A DNA stretch of 64,000 nt from Chrysomallon squamiferum (taxonomy: Eukaryota; Animalia; Mollusca): NCBI GenBank assembly GCA_012295275.1, contig CM022672.1, positions 7,502,001 through 7,566,000 on the forward strand, given 5' to 3'. Below are positions 1 through 14,800 of the stretch, piece after piece. The notes under the pieces are model-generated. The model ran no database searches. It had not been told where the DNA came from and saw nothing but the letters and a program-made list of their open reading frames with translations. Every line of letters begins with the position of its first letter. Positions within the stretch are counted from its first letter, which is position 1. A program made the position numbers and the translations under genes.

Positions 1-1
1 G

Positions 2-3000
2 GTCAGAAGTTACTCCAATCAAAGAAAAAGTTTTTACCTCCAAGTCTTTCTGTGATTTGCCACTTCATCAATTTATGGTCAGTTTTTATTTGTGATTTCA
101 TAAAATAATTATATAATTATGACAGTCTGATAGTTGAAATCTGAGATATAACTGTATAACATAGTTCTTTTTCTAGCACAGCAGACAACTAGAGTTAAAA
201 CCTGAAAGCTCTTAAACCTAGAAATTAGAATATCACTCTTTATCTCAGCTGCTGGCTTATCCTAATAGGGTGATTTTTCTTCTGATACTGAAACTGCACA
301 AAAATATGTTCATAAATTTCATTATTCTATATCATGTGTTGGAAATTGCTTCAGTACATCATTTCTAAAGAGGTACATACCAGCTTTTCTAAGGTGATAG
401 TAAAATCATAATACATTATCTATCATGAATTGTTTTCAACAAATTTTATTACATATTTCAGAAAAAGTCATTTTTCCATTGTGTTACTGTCCCTCTGTTT
501 ATATCTTACAAATTATGATTTAAATAAAATTTTGTTAATCAACTATTTTAGTCCAATTTTGAATTTATTGTTCCGTAAGCAATCAATTTTCTTCTAATGA
601 ATGAAATATTTTTTAGGGATGTTGTTCTTCATATTTTCATACATTATTCTTGTATTAAAAAAATGCTCTGCAATTATCATAATGATTCTTTTTTATTTTA
701 AAAATTGTTTGCAGGTAACAAATCTTGTGGACAAAATGAAATTGACGTGTATGACCACAGTACAGCAACATGCTATTCCATGGCTTCTAGAGGGAGTTGA
801 CCTGCTCATCAAATCACAGACTGGCTCAGGTAGCCTTTTTTACCTGTTACTAAAATATTGTCAGAGATGTCCACTGAAACTTTGTAAAAACAGATTGCAA
901 ACAACTGACACATAATTCAAAAAAATATAACATATAATATGTAATAAATATACTGTTTAAAAGTCAAACTGTTATATCTGTTGACAGAAGATTTTATAAA
1001 CTAATATTGTTTTTGCCTCAAACAAGTCTTTGCTTTCTTTTTCTTCATCCAAGCCTGCTTGCTCATTGATATATTTATGTTTATTATTTATTATAGTGCA
1101 ATGAGATCTATTATAATATTTTAAAAATATTGGGTTTTTGGTTTGTTGTTTTATAAAACTGATATTTTTGCTTATTAGCTTGTGTTTTTAAGAATATATG
1201 CATTTATTTACTTTCATATTTGCATAAGCTTACTTCTTAAATGTTCTTATTCTAATATAATTGCTATAATAATCTAATCTTAATACATAACAAATGACAC
1301 AGAATCATCTCAATATTTATTTTTGTACAAAGATTGATCATGGTGTTGTATGTTTTTAGGTAAGACGTTGGCTTACGCTGTTCCCATTGTGCAGAAACTG
1401 CAGAGTTTAAATCCAAGTGTTCAGAGATCTGATGGACCGTATGCCATCATTGTTGTCCCAACACGAGAAGTAAGTTCTTTCATAGCCGATTTAAAAAACA
1501 AAAAATAAATAAATAAATAAATTTCTGCAGACTTAGGTATTTAATTAGATATCAATTTGTAAAAGGTGTTAAAAGAAGAAGGTTCATAATGCAGAGGTCA
1601 AATTTTTGCTGTTAGAATTTTATCTCAGCCTTGTCTCTAGTATTTGCTATTAACTTCATTCAGTTGGTCAACCAAACTAGCTTTTTGTTTGCTTTCTAAA
1701 ATATTTTCATATTTGTTTTTCAGCTTGTTATTCAGAGTTACCAGACCTTTTGTAATCTTGTTAAAGTAAGTTTAAAATATTTCTTAAAAGTTTCTATGTA
1801 ATGTATGGAATATATTTAATTATAAAATATTTATACTTGATATAGAGGAAAGTATAACAAAATATGAAATCTGGGATATAAATAATTATTAATGTCACTT
1901 TTTTTTTTAATAATTTAAATATAAATTACTATGAAATGTTTAATAATATTACAAAATTAATATTTCAGTCCTTGATCCTATTAAAAAACAAAAAATAAAC
2001 ATCTAGAGATTTTTAATATTTATTGACCTTTACTTATTGCTATATATATACATGATTCTGTATAATAAATAATACAAATTGGTATGGACTTGTTTTTCAT
2101 TTGCAGCCTTTTATTTGGATTGTTCCTGGTTGTTTGATGGGTGGAGAGAAGAGGAAAGCTGAAAAAGCCAGGTATTATCTCTTTTAGATATACCTGTAAT
2201 ACTCTATACATTGCAGAGTAAATTTCTTACCCTTCATAAAATTATGTTAAAAAAGCCCAAAAGTAAACTACATTTCATGTATAGCTAATTTCAACAACTG
2301 AATGTAAAGAAGAAGAAAATGTACAGCTAACAAAGGGAAATTGATCAATTTATTTCTAAATTCAAAGTTTTGCTAGATTAAATTTCAGTATCTTTCACAT
2401 AACAAATTTTGGTCAGATTATTAAATTATTTATGATAAAGGAATAAGAATATTTGTCCATTCTTATTTTAAGAATTTATTTGTTTGTTTATTTGTTTGCT
2501 TAACACTTCAGAATAAGAAAAGGAATCAACATTCTTGTGACAACACCAGGTAGACTGGTCGACCATCTTGAACACACTCAAGGAATGTCACTGTCATTTG
2601 TTCAATATTTGGTACTTGATGAGGCAGATAGGTAAATATGAAGTAATTAATTAAATAAACTTCAGTCATTATTGTCTTCAGAAATTAATGAATTACAATT
2701 TTAAAAACAATTGGCTGTTTAATATTATTCATGAATTATTTGAATGTTGAATAAATAATAATTTCAACTAAAGCATTTTCATATTTTTGTGTGGAGTTTT
2801 CCTTAATTTATGTTAAAATAATTATAAAAGTTATCTGATTCTTTCATATAAATTATTAATTTAAAATTTTATATAAATATCATGTATTTTATATTGATAA
2901 TTTCAATTTAAAACGAATGCATATGTTCGTCTGATGTTATAAATTGTTATTATAACCACTACGTCTGCTACTGTTGTTGTTATTATGTTCATTTGTTTCA

Positions 3001-6000
3001 GACTGTCTGATCTGGGCTATGAGAAGGATATAGCTAAACTAGTTACAGCATTAAACACAAGGGGACAGGAACAAAGACAGACAATTTTACTGTCAGCCAC
3101 ACTTTCTAATGGTTTGTTCTGTTTATTTAAACATAATATTTTATAACTTTATAGATTCCTAAATATAACTGCTCTTAAAAAAAATTCGGATACTATCCAT
3201 TGTTATGATATAAAAACATAGTCAGTGATCGTCATCTTTTGGGTTGAAAATAACAAATGTTAAAGAATTCAAAATTTATATAAATTAATCTAATCCATAG
3301 AATATTAAAACAAATCTTAAAACAGTTGTAATTATAGCACAGTTCAGCTTTATAGTACTTTGTACTGAACCTTTTACACTTTTTCTTTACTTAGCCTTGA
3401 CTATTTTAATTTTCTTTAATATATTTTAAGTATACTTACATTTATAATCTTTGTAATTTAGTATATAATTTCTCTTCTTTATTATATTTTTTTTATGATA
3501 CTAAATTTTATCTTTTTAAGTTCGTAAAAGTTTGATTTTTTTTATTATGATATAATAATATATATTAATATAACATGTATAATTTATTTCATTTGTTATA
3601 TTAAGACGTTTTATTTAACATTCATAATTTTTATTTTCTATATCAGGGGTTGAACGCCTTGCTGGAATGGCTCTGAAAAATCCTAAGAAAATAACAGTCA
3701 GTGAGGAAGATGAAGTGAAGTCACAAGACAACAGACTGGAGGAATCGGGGGAGACAGTGATTTCAGACTCTGAGAAAACTGAAGTCTTCTCTGTTCCTGA
3801 TCAGCTACAACAGTTGTTTGTCATAACACCCAGCAAGTTACGACTTGTCACACTGGCAGCCTTTATCTGCAGCAAGTGTAAAGTAAGTTCTTATTTTCAT
3901 ATATATATATTTTATATATTATTTTATTTTATTTATTTATTTTAATTTTTAATTTTTTTGTTTTGGATGATAATTTAATATAGACACAACTGTATTAATG
4001 TTTATATTACATTACTTAACCATTTGACTGAAAAAATATATTATTCATATTTTAAGGGTAAATTTTGTTACTGTGTTATTATTATTATTATTTTTTTGTT
4101 GATAAAATGATATTTATTTATAGTCTTTATTTTCAATGTTTTTTAATCAGTTATTTAAAGATCTAGAACTATCTAATTTTACTTTGTGTAAAAAAAAAAT
4201 AATAAAATGTAAAATATTAAAAAACTCTTTTGGATCATTTAAATTATCATGTATTTACAGAAATTATCTGACAGTTTTTATGTGTGTTTTATCTGCTGTT
4301 ATTTTGCACATTCTAAAATGCCTTTTTATTATTTTTTATTATTTATTTATAGTAGAATAACTGATAATTTTCTAAAACATGGAATTTATTAGTCTTCTGA
4401 ATATTAACGTTTTTGTCTTCCATCTTTCAAATAACTATTTTATTTTATGTTTTATTTTTATGTTGTGTTATTTCATTTCAGAGGAAATCAAAGAAGTGTA
4501 AAATGATTGTGTTTTTGTCAACACAAGATTCAGTTGAGTTTCACTACAAGCTGTTTACAAAATTGTTTGTTCAGGATGTGGAGGAGATTATACAGCCTGG
4601 AGATCTGACAGAACAACAAACAGACAAACAGCAGACAGATGTCAGGCTGTACAAACTACATGGTGATATGCCACAAAAGGTCAAATAAATTTTCTGTAAT
4701 ATACAATTTAAGTTCAAAAAGACTTTTTGCATATATTTATATTTATATTTATAGTCTTAAAAATACACAAAATATCTTGATTCATTTTAGTTTATCAAAA
4801 TTAATCCTGAACTATAAATATTATTTCAGCATTTATGTGATCATGACAGTTTATTATTTCAGTGGTAAGATTCTTGTTAATATGTTTCCTTATCTGAAAC
4901 TGAAAGAAACAAACAGTGAATATAAAAATTGCAATATCTTCACAGCATTGCCATTTGCAGTTTCAAGGGTTAAAAATTACTTTGTTTTATTATTTCAGGA
5001 CAGAACACTGGTTTACAAAGATTTTTGTACAACATCAGAAGGTGTACTTTTCTGTACTGTAAGTATAATTGTTTTTATATATTACAGCTGAATAAATTTT
5101 TAAAGCTAGTTAATGTTAGTAGAAAGAAAAAAAAAACAGATAGAAAATTCAACAAATAAGTACACAAAACATTTTAGGGCCACATCCATCCAAAGATACT
5201 CTTTTACAGATAAATTTTATGATGAGTTTGAAACAGTATGGTTCAAAAATTCACTTTCTCTGAGACCACAGGTCATGTGATTAAATCATGATTATAGTGT
5301 CAGTGACTAGAACTGTATTTTGTGTTTACAGGATGTAGCATCACGAGGACTGCATCTGCCACATGTACACTGGATTGTCCAGTATGCCTCAGCTGGGTCA
5401 GAGGTCGAGTACATTCATCGTGTGGGCAGAACAGCCAGAGCAGGATCCCAGGGTCAGGCCCTGCTGTTCCTCATGCCTCACGAAGTGGATTACATCCAGT
5501 CTCTAAACAAACATCAGATCAGGTAAATACTGAAACATTTGGGGTTTTTTTAAATTCATAACTGAATTTTAGTTTCTTTTTGACCTGTTTTTAATGACCA
5601 GAATGTGGAAGAATTAAGGAATATTTGTGGGTGTTATGATCCTAAAAAAAAATTGTAATAAAAAAAGAAATACAATTAACTTAGTGATTATTACATTTTA
5701 TTTTAATCAGAAACAATTTTTAAATTAAACTGAGTTGCCAAACAGCTCATAATGAAGCAAAATTTAAATTGACAGGGATTATATTATAAATATTAGTACC
5801 ATAATGTAAATAACTCATTTAGATTAACAACTTAGAACCATTTCTTTTATTCTTAAAGTTTTTATACCAAAAAAATCCCCAATAAGTCAGAAATAATATG
5901 GTCCTTTATTACAAATTCTTTTGCTTCAGTTCTTTTTATAAAAGTTTTAAGTTGCAACACACCTGCTATTCAGCATTATATGAATACATTCCTTTTTGTT

Positions 6001-6850
6001 TTTTCTTTAGATTTTTACCATATTTTTTAAAATTTTCAGTTTAAATGAGGTCACTATGGAAAATCTGCTGAAGAATCTCTTGTATGTATTACAAGATTTA
6101 CCATTCCTGAGAACTCTGCAGGTGTGTGTTTATTTTTTTTTTTTTTCATTCCATTTTTCTTTTTTTTTAAATCTGTTTTTAACAGAGAATGCCTTTGTTC
6201 AAATTTACTCATCCTACAGTTGTGATTTTTATGTATATTTTATAGCACTGAAAGTAAAACACTTACCAGATTAGTGATTGAATGTATACATATTTCTAAG
6301 AATTAATGATTATAACAAAAGAACCATTTTAATTTAATGATTAAAGTGGGGTTTTTAATTCATCTTTAATTTGACATTTAAGCAAACATGAATGCAGTTT
6401 GAATATCAATGACCTTTATTATTATTTATTATTATTATTGTTGTGCTGGGTTTTGTTGTTATTATTAAAAACACACCAAAATGCAGAGTAGTGCTAAAAA
6501 CCAATAAGATTATTCCAATTATACAGTGAGCAATTTTTTTTACTTCAGAGGGAAAAGCCAAGAACTGTGGAAGAAGCAGCCTCATTTTTGCAAATGCAGT
6601 TTGAAAACTGCATCCATGACAACAAATACATGCTACATTTAGCAAGGAAAGGTATGAAATGTATCTGATTACATACTGACAGTTTATTATCTCTCAAAGT
6701 AATTACTTATGTGTCTCTGTTACATAATAAGATAGATGTTATTTTTAAAAATATGCATATATGGCATGTTATTTTGTAAAAATATGCAATTTTTTATTAT
6801 GTGTGTGTGTGTGTAATGTATCTGTTTTTATCCACACAGTCAGAATTGTT

Positions 6851-6881
<31 letters not shown>

Positions 6882-7806
6882 GTTATTTCTAATTAGACAT
6901 TTATTATAATTATTAATTTTGTTATTATTTTTATTATTTTTGTATTTAAAGCATTTCAGTCATTTGTTCGTGCCTATGCCACCTTTCCGTCTCACCTGAA
7001 GTCAATATTCCAGATGAAGAGTTTACATCTTGGTCATCTGGCTAAGAGCTTTGGTTTGAGAGATGCACCATCAAACATTAAGACAGTGGATAGCACTAAA
7101 TATAAAAATATGAAAGCTAAACAGAATAAGAGGTGAACATTTACTGTGATTATTTATATATACAGATATATAGATAGACAGACAGACAGACAGACAGGGA
7201 TAGACACCTATAAAATAATCTTTAATTTGTTGTTAATATTGTAGCATTTGTCAGGTATTTACTGTAGGAATATTTTATTTTGTTTTCTTTATAATGAGTC
7301 TGGATAATAGAATTTTATTTTATTTAAATACATTTGAGTGTTCTTAATAAATGTGTCTTGTACATGCCATTATCCAAAAGTAATAAAATATTTTTCTACA
7401 GATGACTTGTAAATTTCAGTGAATTAATTTTTGTTTTATTTTATTTTATTTTATTTTATTTTATTTTATTTTATTTTATTTTATTTTTATTTTTATTTTT
7501 ATGAGTACATACACAAAGATATCTAAATTTGCAAAGTATTATGGTAAAGGCATGTAAATCATTTTAATAAATATTTTATGAATTTTAATTTTAAAATTAT
7601 ATTATATTTTTTAAGTTCAAATAAAGCAACAAAATAAAAAATATATATATTAAAAGTGATTCAATTATTTGTTTTGCAGATTTGGAAAGTCAAACACTTT
7701 TGAGAAAAAAGAACTTTCAGAATTTGGAAGTGGACTTTCCAGTGGTAAAATCAAGTTTCTTGGTCCACGCAAGAAACATAAGAAAACTAAGAAGAGTAAT
7801 AAATAA
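2..7806 (+). CDS. DDX31: ATP-dependent DEAD-box RNA helicase DDX31 (Dbp7 family), 5'-partial, 15 exons in window
   Basis: GT-AG exons in consistent phase: ~2-77, 715-829, 1360-1469, 1724-1765, 2107-2171, 2512-2631, 3002-3111, 3647-3882, 4482-4679, 4999-5058, 5332-5522, 6040-6121, 6549-6651, 6952-7132, 7680-7806 (TAA). Motifs: Q-motif ([10 protein letters not shown]), [62 protein letters not shown]31-type segments [19 protein letters not shown] and [24 protein letters not shown], plus a Lys-rich tail. Confidence 0.95.
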
Positions 7807-9216
7807 ACTTATAAAAACTGATGTGTATTTGTTTTAACATCTAGAATTTGTTTATTAATAATAATACAACTATACTACAATTGTTTGGAATGGGGAAATT
7901 CCACGTTTTAGTCTTTCATGGTTGGTTCTAAATTTTCTGTCTTCAGTTAAGTACCCAAGTATCTTAATAGCTTTTATTGACACATTTGATATGCTGTCAT
8001 CAAGAGTTAGATTTCTATACTGGACCACATTAATACACTGGATTTTTAAAAATATTTTTATTATTTGTTATTATTATATAATCATGTATATATTTTTTTA
8101 ACAATTATCAAAGTCTGAAACTTTTAATCAAATTTTTAATGATTGGTATTATTTCATACTGGCACTTACGTGTGTTATGCCTCTCCAAACTAATATTTAA
8201 TTAATTTCTTAAACAATAGCTTTATATACGAAATTATGGTTATCCATCAAAGCAAACAAAAAACAAAAAAAAAAAGTTTCCAAAATATTTACACTGAAAT
8301 CAGAAATAAAAATAAAATACAAATTTGGGGTTCTTTGTCAGAAATCAGTTTTCAAACTTGAAGTTCTGGATACTTTTATCAAATTTGGTATTTAAATGTC
8401 AACTGACTTTTTCAAAAATAATATACATAAATGTGAAGTTACACGTGAGAGAGAGAACATTATTCCTAAGAGCATTAAATAAACAATAATATTGGGAAAA
8501 TGTATGTGTGTGTCTGTTTTTATATGTATGTATTTATATACATGTATATATGTGGAAATTAATCAAATATAAATAAATAAATTTACGATTTTATCTCAAG
8601 TGCATCGTATAGTGCTAAAACTATTTTAAAGCTTAGGAAAAAATGTTTTCCCAGATCACGTAGTAATATTTCAGATATTAAATGGTTATAATTTTATTTT
8701 TGTTTTTGTATTTATATGCTTGGGTGAACAAGTTTATTCATTCATTTATATTTGTGTGACGTTTCAAATAATGTTTTAATGCGAGTGACTCAAGGGAGGC
8801 AACTACAAATAAATGGCTTCCCAGATAGGACTGATTATTTTAGATGTTACTTTTAAAAATTACATTAGTGGACATAAAATTTAAAAACGATTTACAAATG
8901 TATTTATTAATTTATTATTATTATGGTTTTTTTTGTTTTTTTTTTATATTTGACATTATTATATTTATTTATTTATCTATCTATTTATTTATCTTTTTAT
9001 TTAATGAGCTTTTGGAATATTCCCAGATGTGTGAAATTATATGACATGCTGTTTCTAGTTTTAATAATTGTGGTGTTTATGATAACTGTAATTGTAAATT
9101 TTTGATAAAATGATATTATTTGCCAGAAAGTTAAGTGAGTTTTCAGGAAATCAGTGATTACTTTGTAAAAATGTATTTATTTATTTATTTATTTATTTAT
9201 TATTAATCTGACAAAC

Positions 9217-9426
9217 GGACCGAAATGTAGTTCAGAATTAGTGTGCGTTCAAGGTGCGGTAGATTCTTCGGATCTTTTCCTCTTAGTGGACTCGTAGAAT
9301 ATTTCTCGCTCAGTCAGACTTCAGTCAGTACATCAGTAATTTATGTAATAAAAGTATTAGGTATGTGCTGTCCTCGTTGTTGGAGGATGCACGTAAAAGA
9401 TCCTTATCGGTAAGAGTGGTTCATGA

Positions 9427-9430
<4 letters not shown>
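9217..9430 (+). mobile_element. Degenerate tRNA-derived SINE remnant (central domain resembling MetaSINE-type core)
   Basis: A-box-like TAGTTCAG and degenerate B-box-like GGATC..CC head, then GCACGTAAAAGATCCTT..ATCGGTAAGAGTGG, interrupted by (GA)n. Shares the AAAGATCC core with the copy at ~10040-10255. Family assignment is from recall of consensus, not a search. Confidence 0.5.

Positions 9431-9505
<75 letters not shown>
9431..9505. repeat. (GA)n microsatellite
   Basis: Perfect dinucleotide run seen directly. Confidence 0.95.
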
Positions 9506-9507
<2 letters not shown>

Positions 9508-10039
9508 ATTATTCCTAAAAATATTAAATAAACAAATTCACAATACCGTTGTACAAACATTCATAAATTCATTCCTCTGGTGGAGAGATAACTCCGTACG
9601 ACTACTGAGGAGGACTGATCCTGATTGTCCGAGGTGAGCAATCTCTCAGTACACTGCATTAATTCTCTCATCACTTCATGACATGAAGAGTCATAAAACA
9701 TTTTTAATAACTTTAAAAATAGTAAAATTTTAATATGCACTGATTAGAAACAGATAAAAACTGTAATTAAAATCAATGCGTCTTTGTTTCTGAATCGTTT
9801 CGACTGTCAGTTTTGGGATCGGCTGTAAGAATTAAAATTAGCGGAAGGGCCACGTAATAACCCATGTCCAGCTCCCGCTGTTTAATGGCAAGTTACACAC
9901 GTGTAACTTAATAATGAAACCATGATACGTTTATTACATTGTACCTGCTCACACTGTTATGTAGAAAGCTGCTAATATTACGTCACGAGGAAATGATGAA
10001 TCAGAACTATGAAAACAGCAGAAGTCGGCTGTTTGCTCT

Positions 10040-10255
10040 ATACTTAGAGCGCTGGTCTGAGAGATAGTAAGTCGCTGGATCAATCCTCCTTGATCACCCT
10101 CTGTGATCTGTTTCCCTCTAAAGCCTCTGTTCTCTACCAGGCTTAAGTAATGCTTTGCAAGTTCTTTATATCAAACAGAAGGTACACATTAAAGATCCCT
10201 TGCTGCTGATCTATCATAGTTGACTATGGTGTAATGACAACCGTTTTCCTCTTTT
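10040..10255 (+). mobile_element. Degenerate tRNA-derived SINE remnant, second copy
   Basis: TAGAGCGCT..GGATCAATCC (B-box-like), then ACATTAAAGATCCCTTGCTGCTGATC...GACAACCGTTTTCCTCT. Collinear with the 9217-9430 copy. Confidence 0.5.
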
Positions 10256-10310
10256 TATTAAAGTAATCTAGGATTATGCTTTATGATTTGCCAATTTTTT
10301 CACTTGTAAA

Positions 10311-10419
<109 letters not shown>

Positions 10420-11650
10420 CTCATATACGTATATATCATGTACATAGATTACAATTGATATATATCTGCAGATACACATACATATTTTTACACTTTTAGA
10501 TACTTTTATATTTATAACATATAAGGTACTTTTAGAAAAATCATCTTTATGGATATTCTATTCAAAATAATCTGGTTTTGTATTTCAATATAAATGAAGC
10601 GTATGGATATTTATCAAATTTTATATAATTTGCACTGGGTGATGTAAAAGATAACACAATAGGTCACCTGGTCGACCATGGTTTCCTTTGAAGTTTAGAG
10701 GCACTGCATTTTGATTGACTTTTATTTCTTCTTTCTCTCTATTTATTTTTTAAAACAATTTTTTTTGTTTTTTAATTTTTTGTTATTTTTTCATTAATTC
10801 AACTATTTATTATATATGAAAATTCTTTCATTCTGTTTCTCCCTCTCTCTCTCTCTCACACACATGCAGTATCACAACCTAGATTAATATATGTAATGTC
10901 TGAACTCTATCACATCTTCCTTGTATCATAATAAAAATCTGAAATAAAATTAAATAAATTGCTTCAGACGTGTGAAAGTTACTTCCTCCATCTTGAAATA
11001 GATCCACCAATGAACGTGACATCCAAATTTGGTTTTAATGTTGTCCGTGCTGGTAATAAAAACCTTTCGAACTGGCGAACTCTGTTATTAGACACCAGAC
11101 CTCCGACAGTGACAAAACCGTTTGTCACTGAGACTGGCAGTTATGTTTTTGGCGAACCTTCATAGCTGACACAACTTGGTTACTTCAGTGATTACTGTTC
11201 TTGTTACGTGATCACACAAATACTATTTACAAAGGCAATATATCTCAGATAGCTTGAAGTTTTATTAAGCTGCTTTTGTTTGAAATAGTTTCGATTATTC
11301 TGATGTTTTGACATTCTACCTTTCGGACACGAAATCAAAACTGTACCAGCTAAACTGGAATCTGTTGCTAGGCGGATTGCTTACTGTTAATCGTTTTTAT
11401 GGACTAGGTGTAACAAAAACATAGTTTTCATTTAGACGATTAATATCACAGGCGTATGCGATAAACGTGGTTTATAATTATCCATTTTAAATATAAAAAC
11501 TCCAGGTAGTAACGGCAGACTGATTCAAAACAGAATCCCTGTCACCTCTGTCTTTATTTCGGCTATCCTAACAACTGTGTCAATCGTAGGTAACAAGATT
11601 CGTTTTCTAGAACATTAACCTGAACCAGAACATAAAGTGAGAAGTGAAAA

Positions 11651-12377
11651 ATGTACCTTCAAGAATACAACATAATAAACGTTTTATTTTTTCTTGGATT
11701 TATTGTTTGGATTTCGACGTCTTTTGATTTGGCATCAGGCGGAATTACTTCAGATACAACATTATCTGATACAGCTGGCAGAGCGGGCATTTCACCAATA
11801 ATAGACTGGAATAGCAAACCTGCGTTACGCAACTCTACTTTACTACGTGTGACGGCAACGATACAGAAATTACAAGATCAGGACCAGTCGTTTTTTGATT
11901 CAGGTTTGTATATTGGAAAATATTAAATATGTTAACACACCAAACTTCCTTTTAATTTGTTTGTTTTGATTATCATACTTTCCATCATGTAAGAGAATAT
12001 ATCAATATTCCAGCCTGAAAAATTATTCATATTGTATCTATGATGATTCTTAGATATTCCTAGAAACAATTAAAGTAATTGTAAAATAAATACATAAGTA
12101 ACTAATTGATATTTAAAATGCCAATGTGTATTTGTATTTTAATTTTGTGCATATTGGTGTAAATGCTCTGCTGATGAAAACTAGTACACGGTAATCCTGT
12201 CTTGGTCTTTTAAGCACAATGCGATTGGTATTCACCATTAATTGCAATACATTAATATTATTTTATAATACTGTAATAAAACAATTGTTTTATAAATTTG
12301 AAGAATGGATTTAAAAGTTTTATTAAGAGTTATTTATTATGATCTATATATTAATAATATATTCGTAATAATGTACT

Positions 12378-12414
<37 letters not shown>

Positions 12415-13085
12415 GTCCAAATGTAGAGAAGGGAAATAGTTTAAAATTATCTAAATTACAGTGTAAAATAATAACAACTGAGCTCGAGTCGTAGTCCATT
12501 AATATGTAATACGTGGTCAGAAACGTAGCTGACCAGTCGTTAAATTGTTAGAAACTCGTTAATGTTGGCTGTGAAAAGCTACACGCTAAGGAAGGCGTTG
12601 GTCTGTGTTACATGAGTGAATAGTGAGCTTGAATTACAAACTTCTCTAAAATCTATACACAGGCGAAACCGTTTGTCCAGAAATGCGCGTAGACATATGC
12701 ATGAATAAACGCAAACGCACGCAGACAGAAATAGAGTGTATGAATCAAAGGTATTAGTCATTAACACTAATTATACTTAATTTAGCTGTACTCAAAACAA
12801 TGTTGCAACTGTTTACAGTAAAAACAAACATATACACAGCGAATCGTATTTCTAAATTACAAAGTTTCCTTGTTCTTGTGTTGCTGTTCTTCTTTTGTTA
12901 TTTATCTTTTCTAGGTTATTTTATATTATTTTATTTTATTATATACATATATATATATATGTATATAATTAGTCAGTTATTTTTAAATTATTATTATTAT
13001 GTTTGGTTTGTTGTTGTTGTTTTTTATATCTTCTACATTCTTTTCTTTTTTTCTACCAGATCTTTCCTTGACACCTTTATATGGA

Positions 13086-13132
<47 letters not shown>

Positions 13133-13569
13133 ATAGCACAAAAAGGTATTACTTCTAAGAGATATATTGAACGTCAGTGTTTATCTGTGTGATCAATGGA
13201 TGAAATAAAAGTCTTTCTACGCCTTCAGTTATTTACACATGATCTGAAAATAACGTGTTTGATACAAGTGTTATTGAGCGAATTTTTTTTTTTGTGAAAT
13301 TTAATCTAGACTCTATTTTAAAAGTCTAACAAGATGATATATTTGAGCCGTAACGGATTTAAAATCCATATATAAGCATTTTTATTACTTTTTAATGCAC
13401 ACATTATTAATGGGGTTTTTAATTTATTTTATTATTTTGCTCTCTGAAATGTCTCTAAACGCAGACAAAGAGGTGTTGAAATAAACATACTGATACACCA
13501 TAATTTAATTTAAAAATTCAGTATTAATTTGTATTTGAAATCATGAAAATAAATTCGTCTTTGTTATGA

Positions 13570-13661
<92 letters not shown>

Positions 13662-14000
13662 ACATTGAATTATTTTTTGTTACAATTAGGTGTCGACTTC
13701 TCCAAAGGTTTTGACACCATATCCCAGCATTCTATTTTCATCAACACGAAACCTGAGGCGACTGACATGGGCAGACGACAACGACAGAGAAACGCGCTCA
13801 TCGGTTTGCTAGCGCGACAGTAAGTACAACATAAACTCTTTAGATGAAAGAAACAAATCATTTTTATTGACATGCCATGATAAAATCTTTCAACTGTATT
13901 ACGGCCAACGTCATTCACCTGCATTATTATTTTTATTTATTTATTATTATTTTGAAAATGTGTCGTTAAACATTCACTTATTCATTCATTATTAAATACC

Positions 14001-14039
<39 letters not shown>

Positions 14040-14753
14040 AATAATAATAATAATCATTGAAACTGACTTAAGTATGTCGTTAAATAAAATATTTCTATCA
14101 TTTATTATTCGTTAGTTGCAGATAAAACTGGTTTAAACGCGAGTTTGACATTTTTATTGTTTTCATGTCTACTGTTACATTAATTAGTTTTACGTTCATT
14201 ACACTAACTATTTCTGCAGATTCAACAAGTCACGTACAGACTTATCTACCGCTCTCGACGGGCTCTTGGTGGGATCGGATCTCTCTCACCTGATGTTTGA
14301 TGGAACCGGATGTCAGCCAATCACCAGCTTCAGCTGTGACCCACGTGACAGGTACAGATCAGTGGACGGCACGTGCAACAATCTGAAGAATCCTGTGTGG
14401 GGGAAATCATTCATTCCTCTCAGACGATTCGTCCCCGCAGAGTACGATGACGGTAAAAGTTCTCATTTTTATTATATACGTTTATTACTGTACTACTCTT
14501 CAAACGGTAAAATTAATGTTCATTTACTTCATAATTAAGTATTCAGAGATGTTTTGCCGTTAAAATTTATATTCAGAATATACAGTTTTAATTACATTTG
14601 TAGTTTTTAACCTAGTTCTAATCCTAACTGTTACATATTTCTTATATCTTTTGTTATCCATTTTTTTCTTTTTCTTTTTTTTTTTTTTTTCTTTTTTTTT
14701 TTTCTGTTTTTATTTTATTTCTCAGTTTATTTTTATTGTTGTTGTTGTTGTTG

Positions 14754-14800
<47 letters not shown>

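Noticed and set aside
5219-5300. Possible C/D box snoRNA in DDX31 intron 10 (ATGATGA at 5219, CTGA at 5260)
   Set aside because: C-to-D spacing is only about 45 nt, there is no terminal stem or second D box, and no rRNA guide was recognised; would need snoscan or Infernal.
10959-11165. 68-aa ORF upstream of peroxidase A
   Set aside because: TTG start, no homology cues and no in-phase splice into exon 1; probably 5' UTR or promoter.
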